This document shows, piece by piece, positions 38,261 to 52,000 of a stretch of 64,000 nucleotides of DNA (position 1 is the first letter of the stretch; each line of letters starts with the position of its first letter). The translations under genes were made by a program, and so were the position numbers. The notes under the pieces are model-generated. The model was not told where the DNA came from. It was given only the letters and a program-made list of their open reading frames with translations, and did no database searches. Origin of the DNA: Amoebophrya sp. A120 (taxonomy: Eukaryota; Protista; Dinoflagellata); assembly GCA_905178155.1 (NCBI GenBank), contig CAJINV010000006.1, positions 3,906,130-3,970,129 of the forward strand, in the 5' to 3' direction.

Positions 38261-40021
38261 ACTAATTCCGGACGATGGATTTGGATTCCAGAGGAAAGAG
38301 AATTATTTCTTTCCCACCCGAATTATTCTCCAGGCAATAATCCTCGACATCCATGTTTATTTCGATCCGATGAAATTCTAATTCACAGGAACAGATTCTC
38401 GATACAGATACGGATCAATCGAAAAAGGAAAAATCCTAATCCATCGAGAACAAAACTAGGAATGTTGTTCACCAAGGAAGAGACACTTCTATTTTTCTTT
38501 GAGTTTGAGTTTGGATGAATGAAAGATCAACATGAGCGTCAATATCAAGAATCGAATATACGTTAATTTATGATGTTGGAGTTGTGTAATTTTCCAGGAA
38601 TAATCTTCACATCGGGGCGATGAATGTTGAGCAAGCACAAACAGGGTGAGAAAGAGAAAGATATTATCGGAAAATACACTGAGAAAAAACATGAATACAA
38701 TCCACGAGAGGGCGCCTGTGATGGAAATCAAACAAAATCAATTAGAAGGCACCCGGAATTTCTTACTTCCTAAAGTCTTTTTTCCTACCTTGTTCGCAAT
38801 GACGGGACATGAGTTCTTTCCTCTTTCTGCACATTTTGTTTCAATCGACCTACTTATCGGGAAATTCTCAATAATCTCTTAGGATTTTTTGGAAGTGACT
38901 TACATTTCATCTCACGATCGCGTAGGCCACACAGACATTGGAGAAGTCGTAGAAATCCATAGATTTTTTTAGTTGATTATGATTCTGGAATTCGAATTTA
39001 ACTGCCCCTAGAACATAATATTAAAGGAACACCAACTACAACCCTTGGCATCTGTGCGACTTTTTCAAATCTAGACGGATCTGCTGCTGTCTGGTGAGCC
39101 AGAGCCTCCGATGATGATTCTAAAAGTTCATAACAGCTTCAGCAGACCAGAACAATCAGGGCGCCAATAATAGATATGTATTTGTGTCCTGTGCAGCTCA
39201 CCACGGACTAGGTCGGTAGAACAGAATTTCGCGTTCATGTTGCTCCGAGAAGAACATCACACGTCGAAGAAATCTTTTCGCGTTCAACTTGTTGTTCCGA
39301 GAAATTTATAAATTTTCGGAGTGACATCCTGATCCCAAGAAAGGCTTCGCATTCGCTTCCAAGCATCTTCCCGCAAGAATATGAATAACGCCAAAGAAAA
39401 TTATAAGTATAACTCGTACTAGTATGACAGTTTTTACACTGACTTAGTACAGTTTCAGTTTGGCTTTGAAAATTGTTGTATCACAAAACTCACCTAGTTT
39501 TAGTTTTACAACTCATCTCATACGATGTAGCTCGTCCCTAGCATGTGATGAAGGTACGACGGCGACTAGGTCGGCAAAACTTTTGTGTAGTTTAATTGTG
39601 TGTTCTTGTAGTACTAAGCTACAGTGTCAGTATAATCGCGTTGGATCATTTGTACATACAGCGCTAAGTAGTAGAAGAAACTCAAAGTCAAACCTTTGGC
39701 ACCAGCATAAGGAACGCGACCTCGTGTCAACCAAAAAGGAGCCCCTGCTTCGTGTTCACATCACATCCGGCTGAGCAAGTCTTCTTTTTTCCGGTCATAG
39801 TCTCTATCGCGGTGGGAAAATAAAACCGTTCATTCAATCAGTGGGCGATTGGTCTGCAACACGTGGTGCCGTTTGTCGTGATGCGTAATATGCTTATGCG
39901 TTCATGCATTGGAGGTCCTCTACTTCCTGGTCGTAAGAGGGTCAGTTGTACTTCCGCGTCATCAAGTGCATCATGCGCTTCACATGATGCACTACGGGTA
40001 CAATAATTCAAATGCAAGTTT

Positions 40022-43000
40022 TTATTTCCCAGTGAAAAGATGAAACAGGTCTTTATGAAGTTTTCCATTTTGATAATCTTCCTGCGTAATGTGGCCGTCA
40101 TCACACATTTTTTTCAGTGCTGCCAACCGCTGCTGCAGATCGGTTGGATCCTCGGGGGGTGGAAGTTGCTGCACTGGACTGGTCGTAGCGACCTGCTGCT
40201 GCGGCACCCAGCCGTATTAAGAGGAAAAATCCCCCCTCCCCATACCGAAAACGAACATTGTGATGCTGTATCTCAGTACACAAGTCGACGCGTATTGCTA
40301 GAAGGCCAAGAGCCGCAGTCGTGGCCTAAATTGCAGGCAATTTGTCATGCTGTTCCCCACTTCCAGTTGCGTCTTGTCATGCTGAAGATGGAAGGCTTCC
40401 CCACGCCAGCCAACGCTACAGTCCGCATGATCTTTTGCCTTCTAGTATGTGTATGACAAAGCTGAATTGTGGCCACAAATCTGCATCACAGATTTCCGCT
40501 TTGATATGGGGAGGGGAGATTTTTGTTCTTGATAAGCCGCCAGCTGGCATCAAGCCCCTTGCCGCCATGATTCCCTGGTTCAGAAGTTGAATACTGCGCT
40601 CCACGTCTTGCGGGGCTATCAGGAAGGCGTAGGGTGGCGCCCTTCGCCTGCTGTGGCTGTGGGCAATGCCGTCATCGTCTCCGACCGAGGACATTTATTA
40701 CAATGAAAAATGCCCCCACCCCGGAATTTGAAAAAGAAAAAGTTTCTCATGCACAGTTTCCAAATCAAAGCTTTTTGTCTTGCATGAAAGGACAACTACG
40801 AGCCCCTCTGATATGCAGAATCTACGCGCGCAAGGTATCTTTTGCACCATAACAGACCCGGCTACTGTTGGGCAACTTTGCAGCACAGATTTGAGCTATT
40901 CAGCATGGAGAATCTGTGATGCTGATATATGCAACACGGGGAATGTTTCTATTGGAAAGGTTTGCAATACAAATCAATGCTGCCAAGGAGGCATTTTTCA
41001 TTGTAATAACATTCTTCTGGGGTTCAGTGGTGTTCGGTACGGACAGAAGAAGTGTATCCTGTGCAAAAGTATCGCACTCGTATTGCAATCATGCATTACA
41101 AATTTTTTTCTTAAGGGAAATCAGCATGACAAATTTTATTTCTCATGCTGAGGAAATTTGTAATGCATTTATACAAGTACGAATACGATACTTTTGCAAT
41201 GCATAAAGTGAATCACCGGCTTGTCCTGTGCAAACAGGTCCCCACGACCCCACAGTCCTCAAGTTGGTAAGTCTGCAACACAAATCTGAATGCTTTGCTG
41301 GGAGTTTCTGCATGCCAAGTCTCCAACATCTGTAGCGTAGCGCTGTTTACTAGCGAGGATAGTCGCAACATCACAGAGACGCCTGCTTATCCTTTTTACA
41401 GCATTACAAATTTCACAGCACGACTACAAATTCCTCTCATGGGGATGCGCACCACAAACAATGTTCCTGTCGTTGCAAATCTGCATGACAGCTCTGGGGC
41501 GGGGACGTTTTTACTTAGGCTACCGCTGCCTCGCCTGTTGCTCCTCCGGGCTGAAACTTGTCTTCCCGCCGAGAAAGCTGGGCAGCACTTGCATCTATCC
41601 TGTGCAAAAGTATCGTACTCGTACTAATCGCAGTCATGCATTACAAATTCTGTTCTCATTCTTGTAAATCCGCATTACAAATTTTATTTCTCATGCTGAG
41701 GGAATTTGTCATGCATTTATACGAGTACGATACTTTTGCATTCCATAGCATCGGCTGCACGGCAATGGACGAGATGTGGCCAACCAGATCAAGTTTGTAG
41801 ATGGTCTGCGTGATGTAGCTCCTGTTGTATATGCTTTCTTTGGTGCCCGCCTTCAAAAAGAACAAGTACCGTTTGCCAAGCGCAAAAATGGTCTGCGCTT
41901 TCTGGTCGTTATCAAACCCTTCCTATCAACTGTAACTATTATGCAGGTGCCAATGCCCATACTGTATGGTCTTCGTCCATTCACGGACCGATGGATGCCT
42001 ACAGCGGCCCCCGCCCCCCGAAGGGGGGTGGGGTCGCCGTTTGGTGGTGCGCGAGCACACACCCGAACGCTGAAACGCACCGTGAGCGTCCTTCAGAAGT
42101 GGCGGGGCGGGCAGTGGGCCTCACCCCTAGAGCACACATAGCCTTCGGCTCTGATGTGAGCTAGACTATACTCTTGGAAGGGCGGTGGTTCGTTGTCGTA
42201 AGGATGCATGCACACGTGCCGTGGCAAGACTAAGACCGTACAGAGAGACTCCTGACGCCTCACTGGAGGCCATGACAGGTCTGGCCCTAGAGAGGGTCAG
42301 AGTCAGGGTGGGCAGAAAAAGACCAAGAGAATAGGGAAAGGAGGCCTGTACGGCATCCCTCCCGGCGTGACGACGGTCATGCCAATCTCAGTCACCTGCG
42401 GCCGCGTAAGGTTCTCGACCGACTCGCCGCCTCCAGCGGCTGAGCCACACAGTATGTCCAACCAATTCGTCGAGACCGCTTGCGCGCGTAAACATCCATC
42501 AGACCAAACAGCATGGGCGGCACCTCAGTCTAGTTACCCAGTCCTAAAAATGTCTGGTTCTGGAAGAGTTGGAACTTGTCATGCTGTTTTTGGACTCCAA
42601 AAAAAATTGTATTGCATGACCAGCAAGAAGGGCGCACTTTGTGCTACACGGATAGGGCATTTCTCATGCGGAATGTGCATCAGGAAGCCCTCCAGAAGTC
42701 TGCGATGCTAGGTCATGCATTACAAGCATCGTGGGTCATGAGAAATATGCATGACAAGTCTTCTTGCATTCTTCCAGATCCAGACACTTGTGCATTTGAT
42801 ACTTCCGCCATGTCCATCATGAGGTTCCCGAGGCCGCAAGTGCAGCAGCAGATTACACAGCTGGCACCAGAGTCCTGCCGCGCGTCACTGGAATCCTGCT
42901 GCATCTTTAGCCACAGTTCGGAAACCCGCCAAATGTGCTTTATCCTGTCGAAAAACGCCCCCACCCTATAGTCAAGTTGGAAAATCTGCAACACAAATCT

Positions 43001-43575
43001 CCAAGCTTTGGGAGTTGTGCATGACACGTTTTCATCTGCAGTGTAGTGCTGGTTAGCCAGGGCGGCCGCATGAGAGAGCAAGAGCAACTCTCTCATCCTG
43101 GCTACAGCATTACAAATTCCAAAACACGACTGGACACGCCTGTCATGGAGGTACGCATTACAAATCAATGTTCCTGTCATTGCACATTTGCATGACAACT
43201 CTGGGGTGGGCACGTTTTTACATATGATATGCGTGATGTATTCTTCATCGGGGTGCTGCGCCCGCACGTATTCCGCCACATTTGCGGCGTCTGCTATCCG
43301 AGAAAAAAACTATGTGAGTTGAAATCTGTGATGCAGACAGTGCAAAACTGTATACGATTGTCATGTTGGATGTGCGTCTTCATCATAGGCTGCGTTTATA
43401 CGTGTTTCCAATGATACTAGCTCCTGCGCATGACAGGTTTATTCTCCCTGTACTATTATGCAAAACGAATTTGTGACGCTGCTCTACTTCCTACAAAGTT
43501 TATACTTACGCACTTTTTTTCCTGGATATCTGCTTCATTCGTCTCGGAGAGGCACTCCGGAAGTGCTGGCCCCAT
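40022..43575 (-). CDS. Protein with a C-terminal SHOCT-like domain; 8 introner introns
   Basis: MGPALPECLSETNEADAANVAEYVRAQHPDEEYIT-HIWRVSELW..FALGKRYLFFLK..LQQRLAALKKMCDDGHITQEDYQNGK, matching the SHOCT pattern L..LK...D.G.IT.EDY...K. 3' end uncertain. Confidence 0.7.
41936..42544. mobile_element. Unclassified 609-bp insertion flanked by TAA, inside the left TIR of introner B 41924-42801
   Basis: TATCAACTG-TAA-[insert]-TAA-AAATGTCTGG. The host TSD CTTCC is intact on both sides. No TIR seen in the insert. Confidence 0.7.
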
Positions 43576-46010
43576 CTTTCAACGTTCTCCAATGCTACGC
43601 CAAATTACGCTTCGTCAAGTAGACCAATGTGATTCCTTACGAGTTTGAGGATACAAAGAAGAAATAAAAAGAAACCCAATGGAATGAGAGTAAAAGTAAA
43701 ACTTCCACCAAGAGCGACGTATCTTAACTTCGGTAGTTGGCAAAACATAATAATTTTCCTATTCCCCCTGAAAACAAATGATGATAAAATTGCGGGGTGC
43801 GGTAAGCTGACTGAAGAGACTGTAGGTCATGCGCAGCCGCAGCTGCAGGCTCTAGTAATAAATAAAAAAGTATGAACTTCTACATGTCATTTATCATAGT
43901 GTCTCTGATCTACTTCGATCGTGCGCAGCTGCACATTGATTCTGCTTCACCGAGAAAGCCTAGTACACCGATGGCATTGACTTCTCCTGCGGAGAGAACC
44001 GACGAATAAAGCGCGACAGACTTCCTTTTTTATTTTTATTTCTCCGTATAGAGAGGAAGAAATCACAACCGAGGGTCTTCAACCAGACGTGCTCTTTACT
44101 GATACTGATGGTAGATCTTGCGAGGCAAATACTTATCCCTGGACGTCTGGAAGGATGTAACTACGTTGGTTGTAATGCGTCCGCCGGTGGGGGCGCTTTG
44201 ACTACCAGAAGCTGCCCAGCACTTTTGCTCGAGTTAAATAAGAGATTCTTCTCATGCAGGATGGACGGGCATTGCAAAGAGCTCGCAGAATGTGTAATGC
44301 TTCTACCTAGCTGAAGACCTACTCACGACACACTTCAGCACGAAGACGAACCGATCACGACCACAACAAACAACGAAGATCATAGATCCAGGCCGAGCCG
44401 TCCATCCATGACATGCGCAACTTCTTCTTTGGAACAACCATTCCCCCTCCCCCTCATTTGTCATGCGAAATCCACCCTTTGCCTGCTAACACTATTTGCA
44501 TGACAGATTCCGGAATCCCAAACAGCACTACGATTCTCTACGGAATTTGTCATACAAAAGCTGCATCTTTGCCAGCGCTTGTTTTGCTGTTCCTGCAACA
44601 GAAATGAGGGGAAGGGGCGAGGGGAATGGTGCGCTCTCATAAACCTGACGAACTATACACAAAAATATCACTGACAAGCACCACCAGTCGGCCACCACAG
44701 AGCATCCTGGCTGGTGTGGTGATACCGGTTTACTTAAACTCGGTGGATTCCTCATTAGAATTCTAACTTTTACTTGTTCCCAACTTCATCACCAATCCTA
44801 GTGTTTATTTCAAGCAGGAGCGATTAATAATATGCACAGTTGCATTTTCATCTCTTCTCCTCAATAGATTTAGATTAGAGTACATTATTTTTTTAACTCA
44901 GCATGAAGAGCTTTCTCGCTAGAAGCGTAATAAATAGTGCTGCTTGACGGAAGTTTGCTAATTTGATCACTGTGCAAGAAAAAAACACAATCACAGTGAG
45001 ACACTTCTTTTTCTTTGGGAGCTTCGCATCACAGCTTTGCGTTTGTCTCGCATGACAGTTTTTTTCTTTCTTTTTGCGGTAGCATACTAGGAAAAGCACG
45101 TATCAAGACTACACGCAATCCATTTTTTCTTTTTTACGCATGCCGGGCTTTTTTGTGTTGCAAAAACGTGCAAAAGCGGTTGCAATGGTGTTTTTTTGTT
45201 GAATAATCGTGATCAAAGATATTCTGCGAAGTTTTGTCGGTTGTTCGGCGGTGGTAGTAAAACATATAAAAAAAAATGTGTAAAAGTAAAAAGGAAAAAG
45301 TGAAGTCGTAGCATATTCAAAAAGTAAATGAATTTATGAGTGTGCACAAGTACCCCTCCCCTTCCTTTGTTTTGAAAAATAGCGAATCTTCCTTGGGACT
45401 GTAGTTCGCATGGCAGGCTGCGCAAGCAGCACAGACAGCACTGCGTGCAATATTCTATGAAGTTCTCATGCAGCAGATGCACTGTTGCCGACGTTCCTGT
45501 TGCTGTGGATGCATGAAGGGGAGGGGGCGGGTTGTGCGCTCTCATAATCAATCTAAATTATTCTGTTCTAGTTGCCTTGGTTTTGTTCTTGCTCAATACA
45601 CAAAAGTAGGAGCCTTAGAAGAGGTGATCTTGTCTCATTTGCGGAACTATTCGTATCGGATGGTGCTTCAACAGCTGCTAGAAAAAATTCTCGTTCGATT
45701 TATTGTATCAAATGCGAATATGTCTGGGTCTGGAAGGTTCCCGGGTTTTGCATGGCCCGCAACGCATGTAATGCAAGGCCTAGCATCACAGATTTTTGGA
45801 GTGCTTCCTGATCATGCCTATTCCGCATGAGAAACGCCCTCCCCGCGTGGCACAAAGTACTCCTCTTGCTGGTCATGCAATTATACTATTTTTTTTAGAA
45901 TCCACCAAAGACGGCATCAGAAATTTCCAATCTTCCAGACCCAGACATATTTGCACTTGATATTTTGTCTTCTATCCCGTCCTGGTCGAAAAGCGCCTAC
46001 TCCTCGAGTC

Positions 46011-49000
46011 TTACTTTGCAGGTTCAGTCGCGGTACTATGCAAAGCCAAACCAAAAATGCATCTCAGCATCTGCGTGATAGCATCGGGTTGCGAGTTCTT
46101 TTTCGTAAACACGAGCCGGAGCCAGGTCAGAATCAGACCATCAAAATAACTTTGCAGGGAATAACATGCCTACGAGTGCCAGCAGCGATTGTCACCAACA
46201 CAACTGCGATGCTTTATTCTTCTTCACAGGATACGTCGTGGTCGGTGCAGAAGCAATATGCATGTGGAAAAGCATCGCACCAGTACGAGTCGCATTGCCT
46301 GATAAATGGAATTAATATTTACATTGCTTGACTTCCGGGTTCTGGTACGGCATACCCCCGGCGACAGGTGAGCTTGACAGGTGACTTTGACAGGTGACCT
46401 TGACAGGTGACCCTGACAGGTGACCTTGACAGGTGACCTTGGCCGGTGACCTCGACAGGTGACCTAAGCGCTGACGTCATTTATGAAGACACGCAAAGGA
46501 AATATTTGCGACACAATGAAAAATGTAAAAGATAAAAGCGCAAAAAAAAAGCGACGGAGAAAATCAAAATGAAAAAGATAAAAACGCAAAAACGCAAAGC
46601 AACTGCCTCCACAGAGAAAGGAATATTTGCGCTGCCGGGCAAAAATCGGAAAGCGCTTGCCTCCGCAACGCGTTACTTACATTGCCCTGCGTCATGGGAA
46701 ATGAATTGCGGCGAAACATTACAGAATTTGTCTGCAGCCACGCGGACCTATTTCCTTGACTCCTATTTTTGTTTTGTGTTGCAAAAAACAGGGCACCCAG
46801 TTCGTCCTTTTGCCTTTAGCGCTTCGCGCACTAAGCCACTATGCGCGCGCCTGGTGTGAGGCGAGGGGCGGACGCTGTCCGCCCCGATGCCGAACACCCT
46901 TCCCCCACTAGCGCTTCGCGCACTAGGCCACTATGCGCGCGCCTGGTGTGAGGCGAGGGGCGGACGCTGTCCGCCCCGATGCCGAACACCCTTCCCCCAC
47001 TAGGGACGGGCACAAGGCCCCAGCGTGGGGACCCTGTCCCCACGCTCGGGCGGGCCTTGTTTGTCATGCTGGGAAACTAAGGGCAGGGCGCCCCTGTGTG
47101 AGTAAGCTTACAAGCTCTGAACCTTCGACGTCGCCGCCCGGTCTCCATCGTGAGGCATCGCGCGAGCACGAATGCCGGCGAAGTGCTGGCGAGAGCTGAA
47201 AGGGTCAGAAGGCTCGTCGTACCCGGTAACCACTAAGACAGAACTCCGGACAGTGCTACTTCTAGTGCCTAGAGACAGCAACAGCAACCCCTGGAACGGC
47301 TGCGACGAAACAAGCATTTTTTTCTCTGCGTACTCTGTACAAACTGAAACTCAAACTTTCCCATTAGCACAGAGGGGCAGAAGAACAAGCAAAAAAGCGG
47401 TAGGTGAAAAACGAAGACACAGCCCGATCTACGGTAAACAAACACCCTAAAAGTGGGGTCGCAAGAATGTAACAGCTGAGGATAACGTCCTAAATGAGAA
47501 GTTGCGCCAGTGCTGGTGACAACGTCCAACAAGGAGCTGCATGCAAATCGCCAAACAACTGAGACGAGACACAGTCGCCGCGATCTGGAGTCACAGATCT
47601 AATCCACCATGGTGGAGCGCGTCATGCTAAATGAATTACCTAAGAAACCAGATTAATACTTACATTGCTTGACTTCCGGGTTCTGGTAACGCATACCCCC
47701 GGTAACAGGTGACCGCGACAGGTGACCTTGACAGGCGACCCTGACAGGTGACCTTGACAGCCAGGTGACCTTGACAGGTGACCTTGACGGGTTACCTTGA
47801 CAGGTGACCTTGACAGGTGACCTCGACAGGTGACCGTGACAGGTGACCATCACAGGTGGGCGCGACAGGAGGCCACGACAGGTGAAGACCATTTCCCCAC
47901 TAGCGTTCCGCGCACTAAGCCACTACGCGCGTGCCTGGTGTGAGGCGAGGGGCGGACGCTGTCCGCCCCGATGCCGAACACCCTTCCGCCACTAGTGCTT
48001 CGCGCACTAAGCCACTATGCGTGCGCCTGGTGTGAGGCGAGGGGCGGACGCTGTCCGCCCCGATGCCGAACACCCTTCCCCCACTAGTGCTTCGCGCACT
48101 GAGCCACTATGCGCGCGCCTGGTGTGAGGCGAGGGGCGGACGCTGTCCGCCCCGATGCCGAACACCCTTCCCCCACTAGCGCCACTAGGGATGGGCACAA
48201 GGCCCCAGCGTGGGGACCCTGTCCCCACGCGTGGACCTTGTTTGTCATGCAAGTCAACTGGCACTTTCTTATACCATCACGAGTACGATACTTTTTCAAT
48301 TCATAAGCAGTCGGGCGGCTCGAGCTCGAAAACCAGTTGTTCGTATGCATTGCAAATGTGTGTGGGTCTGGAACACTGCAGCTTGAGCTTGTCACGCCAA
48401 GTGTGGAATCACGCAAAAGTAAGTTTGTCTTGCATGCAAATTCCGAAAAACTGACGTAATTTGTATCACATGTCTCGCGCCGTCCTGTCATGGCGGCAGG
48501 GCGCATACTCTGACAGCGATGGGGAAGAGGGTAGGCAAAGCCTACCAGCGAGTATGCACGATCCTGATACCACTCCCATCGCAGGAAGGGTCGTGCACAT
48601 CACTTGTCCCCATTGCCAACACGGACCAAGCTGCGTCCTGAACGAGGGAGCATGCCCCCCCACTCCGCCGGAGGGTTTTCCCTTCTGAGGCCCAATACTA
48701 GATAAGGGAGGGTGAATGGGGGTGGGGCGCTCGCCCGCACTCATGAGTGCGGCGACAAGACCCCGAGCGCGGTTCTCATCGCGCAGCGAGTCTGTCCGAA
48801 TTCGCAGGCAGGCGACTGCCGGGCGGCCCCCCAATGCGGGGGCGCCCATTCCGTAGAGGTTAGCCACATGAGGGCTTTTGTAGTGGCGTGCCACTGCGTG
48901 ATGTACTTGCGCCGCGTTTTCGCGGGTTACGAGAGGCGCGCGCCTCTGGATGGAAGCACCCTCCGGCCGGAGTAGCTAGCGGCCTCGCGCGCGGTCCCTC

Positions 49001-52000
49001 GTCGTATTCGGCGCTTGGCCTTGAGTGGGGCCTGGCTTCGGCAACACAAGCCCCTGCAGCGCGCAACAAAGCATTTGCGCAGCGACCGACGTGATGCCTC
49101 CGCCTGTAGTCAGGCAAGCTCCCCATAGAATCGGCCGCCTGGCCTCTTTCCTACCTAGAGCAGGCGCGGCGGCCCCGGCCTTTTAGCGTCTACGCTTGCC
49201 GCCGGGCGCGCTGGAGCGAGGCTGGCTCCACGGCTGCGCTGTGCGCTGCTCTTACTGAAAGCGAGGGCCACTCAGCCCGTCCAAGCGGTGCTTCATTCAA
49301 CCAGAAGCACGCGGTGCATTTTCTCCCGGAACATGCGCGCGCGCGATGATTCACGGGCGAGCGACCCCCGGCCCCGGGCGTCGCGAGTACGCGGGCGCCG
49401 ACTCTTGTCGGCAGAAGGAGCTGCGATGCAGCTACGTAGATTTCTGGGCGTTACGCCTCGCGCAGGGATCTGCAGTCGCACACCTCGTGCTCAGTCCCCG
49501 ATCGAGGATCTGCACTCGCTCCCCAGTTCGGAAAGCGGATGCAAGCTGGCCGCGGCAGTACCCGCCAGCACTTGGCTTTTCTAATTGCTACTGCGCTCCC
49601 CTGACTCTGTTCAGCGCTTGCTGAAAACGTCAAGAGGAAGAAGCGCAAATTTCGATCGCGCGATCGAATCGGGCGGCGTCTAGCCGGGACGGGGCGCTTG
49701 CCCATTTTTAGCCAAGCAGATACATAGTAGAGCAATGAGGAGAAGGGGCCCGACCCTCGCATACCTATCAAATTACCTACCCTTATCTTCTCTCTGCCTG
49801 GAGTCACAGGCTCGCCAGCCGTTCGAAGATAATGAACATTTATTATTGCCCAAGTTAAGCGGCAGCTTCTCATGCAGGAGACCTCATGATAGAGATGTCA
49901 TGATAGGTTCTGTGACTGTATGCAAAAGCAAATGCATTATGGGTGTGGGCCATGGAAAACCTGCATGACAAGTCTTGCAACCTTCTACCTAGACCCAGAT
50001 ACGGTCGCAATGCATAGGTCCCGAACCAGTCCAAAACAGGTCCGATGAAAGACATGCGCAAAGCTTCTCTTGCTCCCCAGGCTGCTTTCGCTGGTCCAGT
50101 TACTTCATTTTCGTGTCCGAGAAGATGAAAAATAGCGTCGGCCGGCATGACATCAGGAAGACTTGGACCGTTGTGCACGAGATCTTGGCTGAGCCCGACC
50201 GCATTCTGGGCGAAATGCGAAAAACTGTATCAAAATAAAAAGCTCCACATCACTTACAGAAGCGATGAAAGATATATCCAAAAAAGAAAAGTCACTACTT
50301 TTCGTCTACTAAAACAACGCACCAACCGCGAAAGCTTATTCTTAGCTGCGCGCGCAGGTGGTTGTAAATTGATGAGTGCTACCTGCAGTGCTTCTACACC
50401 TTAGCCTTATATCGTGGCAACATTTAAATTTCCACTCGAAGTGGGAGCAGCAAGGCAGCACTTTTCATTTTGATACCCCGTAAGAAAAGCCCGTTGCAAT
50501 AGTAGCGACTCTCTTCAAAAAATTGAAGGACGCGTTGTCGGCATCGCAGCGCAGCAGCAGTTCCGTGACCAAGAGCGGGCCATGCTTCGCCGGATCGTGA
50601 ATGGTAATTTCCATTTTCCGACCTCCGAACCACGTTTTGAAAGGATTCAGGGATTTCGAACCAGTGTACTCCAGCCGGGCGACTTCTTCTTTCTTTCCAT
50701 CCTCACTATGCAAAAGAAAAAAGCTATGTATTTGTAATTGCATTTGTATATGCAAAAATGAACACTATATATTATGGGAGAAAAGCATCTGTCTTGCATA
50801 TCCTAAGAGACCGGTACGCGCTGAGGCCTAGATTTGTAATCGCGATGCTATGGCGAGGGTTGCTATTTTTGCGTCGAGCATACCGTCGGGGAAAGCAGGG
50901 GGCCCCCGCCTCCCGCCCTCCCGCCCGCTGCGTATCCCGCCTCCGCAGGGGGCCCCCGCCCTTCCGCCTCCGCAGGGGGCCCCCGCTCCCCTCCCGGGCC
51001 GCCCGCCTGGGGTCAGAGGGGGCCCCCGTCCTTCGTTCTCCGCGGTAAATCTCTCCTGCCCGCTGGGGGCCCCCGGCCTCCACCTTTGGCGCCCTCCAAA
51101 GGGGGCCCCCCGCCTTTCTCTCCTGCCCGCAGGGGGCCCCCGCCCCTCACTCCTGGTGTTCCAGGGGGTCCCCCGCCTTCCTCTCCCGCCCGCACGGGTT
51201 CCTGTCGCCTACACCGCACCTGCTGCTCCAGGGGGCCCCCCGTCTTCGTCTCCCACCCGCAAGGGTTCCTGTCGCGTACATCGCTCCGCGCCCACAGCAG
51301 GGGAAACGCAGCGGGGCCCCGTCCCGCAGTCACCCCCCGCTGCCGCAGGCAGAGAGCCCTCGCTGTTCGCCTTGGTAATGGGCGCGCCCCTGCCCTCCCA
51401 AGTGGCAGCACATTCATGTGTCCCGTGCGGCTGGAGTAACCCGTAGCGCCGGCTAGGCCTCTGCGCGGGGTCAAGCGCAAATACGCGGCTGGAGTAACCA
51501 ATAGCGCCGCCGAGGCTTTGCGCGGGGTCAACCGCAAATACGCGGCTGGAGCAGGAGAGACGTGCGCAAAGGCCCGCGAATAACGTTGCCTGCGGCCGCC
51601 GAGTTGGAAACGCTGCCTGGGGCAGCGCACACAGAGTTGAAAACGCTGCCCGCGCGTGCCGAGGTGATCGGCAGGGGCGGCCTGCGCGGGTGGGGGGTCT
51701 CTGCAAGAATTCGGGGCAGCTGTGTCGCGCCTGTCGTTGACGCCACGAGACGCGGTTGTCGTTCTGGCGTATTCACAACCATACGCCAACCAGCCAACCA
51801 ACCACAGACCAGCAGGAGATACTGCCCAGCACATGACCAGCGTCGCTGGGAAAAGGCGCCAACATGCGCCGCCGCGCGCCAAAATGGACAGACACCGGCC
51901 GCACATGCGCCAACGCGCAGCAGCGTGGGCGCGCCGGAAATACTGCCCCAATGCGCCAGCGTGGTCCCGGGTGGAAGTTGGGAAACCGGGCGCGCCGTGG

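Noticed and set aside
46816-48179. Regularly spaced palindromic repeats as a CRISPR array
   Set aside because: Units are contiguous near-identical 92-mers without unique spacers, no cas genes are present, and the context is eukaryotic.
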